This document shows, in pieces, positions 35,144 through 36,095 of a DNA stretch of 36,095 nucleotides. Each line of letters opens with the position of its first letter. The stretch's first letter is position 1. Under the pieces are notes generated by a model that was not told the DNA's origin, searched no databases, and saw nothing but the letters and a program-made list of their open reading frames with translations. The translations under genes and the position numbers were made by a program. Origin of the DNA: Candidatus Azambacteria bacterium GW2011_GWA2_42_9 (GTDB lineage Bacteria; Patescibacteriota; Minisyncoccia; UBA10092); the NCBI GenBank assembly GCA_000994805.1, contig LCEQ01000003.1, positions 1-36,095 on the forward strand. The letters run 5' to 3'.

Positions 35144-36095
35144 ATGGATTTTTTCAAAAATTTTTGGGTTAGAATCGTTATTATAATAATTTTTTTAACG
35201 CTGGCGGCTTTTGGCGGCTGGTACTGGTTCGCTAATATATATCAAAAATCGGCGGTTAACTTTTATCCTTCAAAAATCTCTTTTAGTGTCGATGAAAACA
35301 CTGCTTATATTTCGGCTTTTCAAAAATTAGGGATTTATGACGCTTCATCGGGAAAATTGTCGCTTCAAAATGCGTCGTTTAGCAATGATGTTGAAATTAT
35401 TTCCGGCAGTGATGGAAAAATTTATGTTGCCGATCTGAATCAAAATATAGTTTATATTTACATCGGCGATAAACAAGAAGCGGCAATTGATGTTGGCGCG
35501 ATGCCCCGATTTTTGTTTTTAAATGACAAAACGGGGCGACTGTTTGTTTACAATAGGGGGAGCCGGGATATAAACATCATTGATACGGAAAATTATAAAA
35601 TTTTATCCACGATTAAAATCGATTTAGATATTAACGGGGGTGTTTTGGACGAAAAGAGCAACTTGCTTTACTTAGCGGACACGAATGGCAATGATTTGAT
35701 CGTGATTGATGGTGAAACTTTTAAAGTTTCAAAATCTTTAAAAGTCGGCCCGAATCCTTACGCTTCTTTTCCGGCGGCTTTTGACGCCGACATTCAAAGG
35801 TTATACTTAATCAGCCAAGGCGATAATAAACTTTGGGTTATAGATACCGGCGCCGGCAAGGTTTTAGATAATATTGCCGCGCCGAAAGGAACCGGAGAAA
35901 TGACCTTAAATCAACAAAAATTATATATAGCCAATCCGAATGATCACACGGTGTTTGTTTTTGACACCAAAGATTTATCAACCAAAAAAATGTCGCTTTC
36001 GCCATTGCTTTATCCGCAAAAAGCGCTGGCTGACGAAAAAAACGGGCGGATTTACGTCTACAGCCAAAGCCGAGTCAATGAAATAACGGTTTTGG
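35144..36095 (+). CDS. YncE/YVTN-type beta-propeller protein, 3'-truncated by the window edge
   Basis: ATG at 35144, TM anchor, blades IYVAD, LFVTN..INIIDT, LYLAD..IVIDG, KVGPNP, LYIAN..VFVFDT. Open to the window end, so absent from the ORF track. Confidence 0.88.
   Translation, partial: MDFFKNFWVRIVIIIIFLTLAAFGGWYWFANIYQKSAVNFYPSKISFSVDENTAYISAFQKLGIYDASSGKLSLQNASFSNDVEIISGSDGKIYVADLNQNIVYIYIGDKQEAAIDVGAMPRFLFLNDKTGRLFVYNRGSRDINIIDTENYKILSTIKIDLDINGGVLDEKSNLLYLADTNGNDLIVIDGETFKVSKSLKVGPNPYASFPAAFDADIQRLYLISQGDNKLWVIDTGAGKVLDNIAAPKGTGEMTLNQQKLYIANPNDHTVFVFDTKDLSTKKMSLSPLLYPQKALADEKNGRIYVYSQSRVNEITVL

Overview
Chromosomal segment of a small-genome bacterium. The compact housekeeping genes, short IF2, split ComEC and PaaX-like gene suggest Patescibacteria/CPR, probably Parcubacteria (inference). 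Core genes are topA, dprA, pth, lepB, hisS, a HIT hydrolase, rpsU, yqeY, ybeY, ftsA, ftsZ, comEC, ndk, rpmB, a DHH/NrnA protein, rbfA, infB and a broken murD. There are five tRNAs and an unannotated compact 6S RNA. A glycosyltransferase cluster and a beta-propeller gene run off the right end. Main findings: (1) a three-gene operon at 4821-6728 encoding a MotA/ExbB-like ion channel, an ExbD-like Asp-bearing anchor fused to a YfaP/DUF2135-like domain, and an orphan membrane protein, flanked by two membrane-anchored trypsin-like proteases, which looks like an ion-driven motor with unknown output; (2) short palindromic elements with compensatory base changes read in frame inside IF2, Ndk, the ComEC nuclease and a GT2; (3) a PaaX/Cas2-like gene bracketed by two copies of a ~40-bp palindrome; (4) three divergent promoter pairs sharing one TTG(A/T)CAA -35 core. 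No CRISPR array, integrase, transposase or reverse transcriptase is present. All calls come from reading the sequence by eye; no database searches were run.
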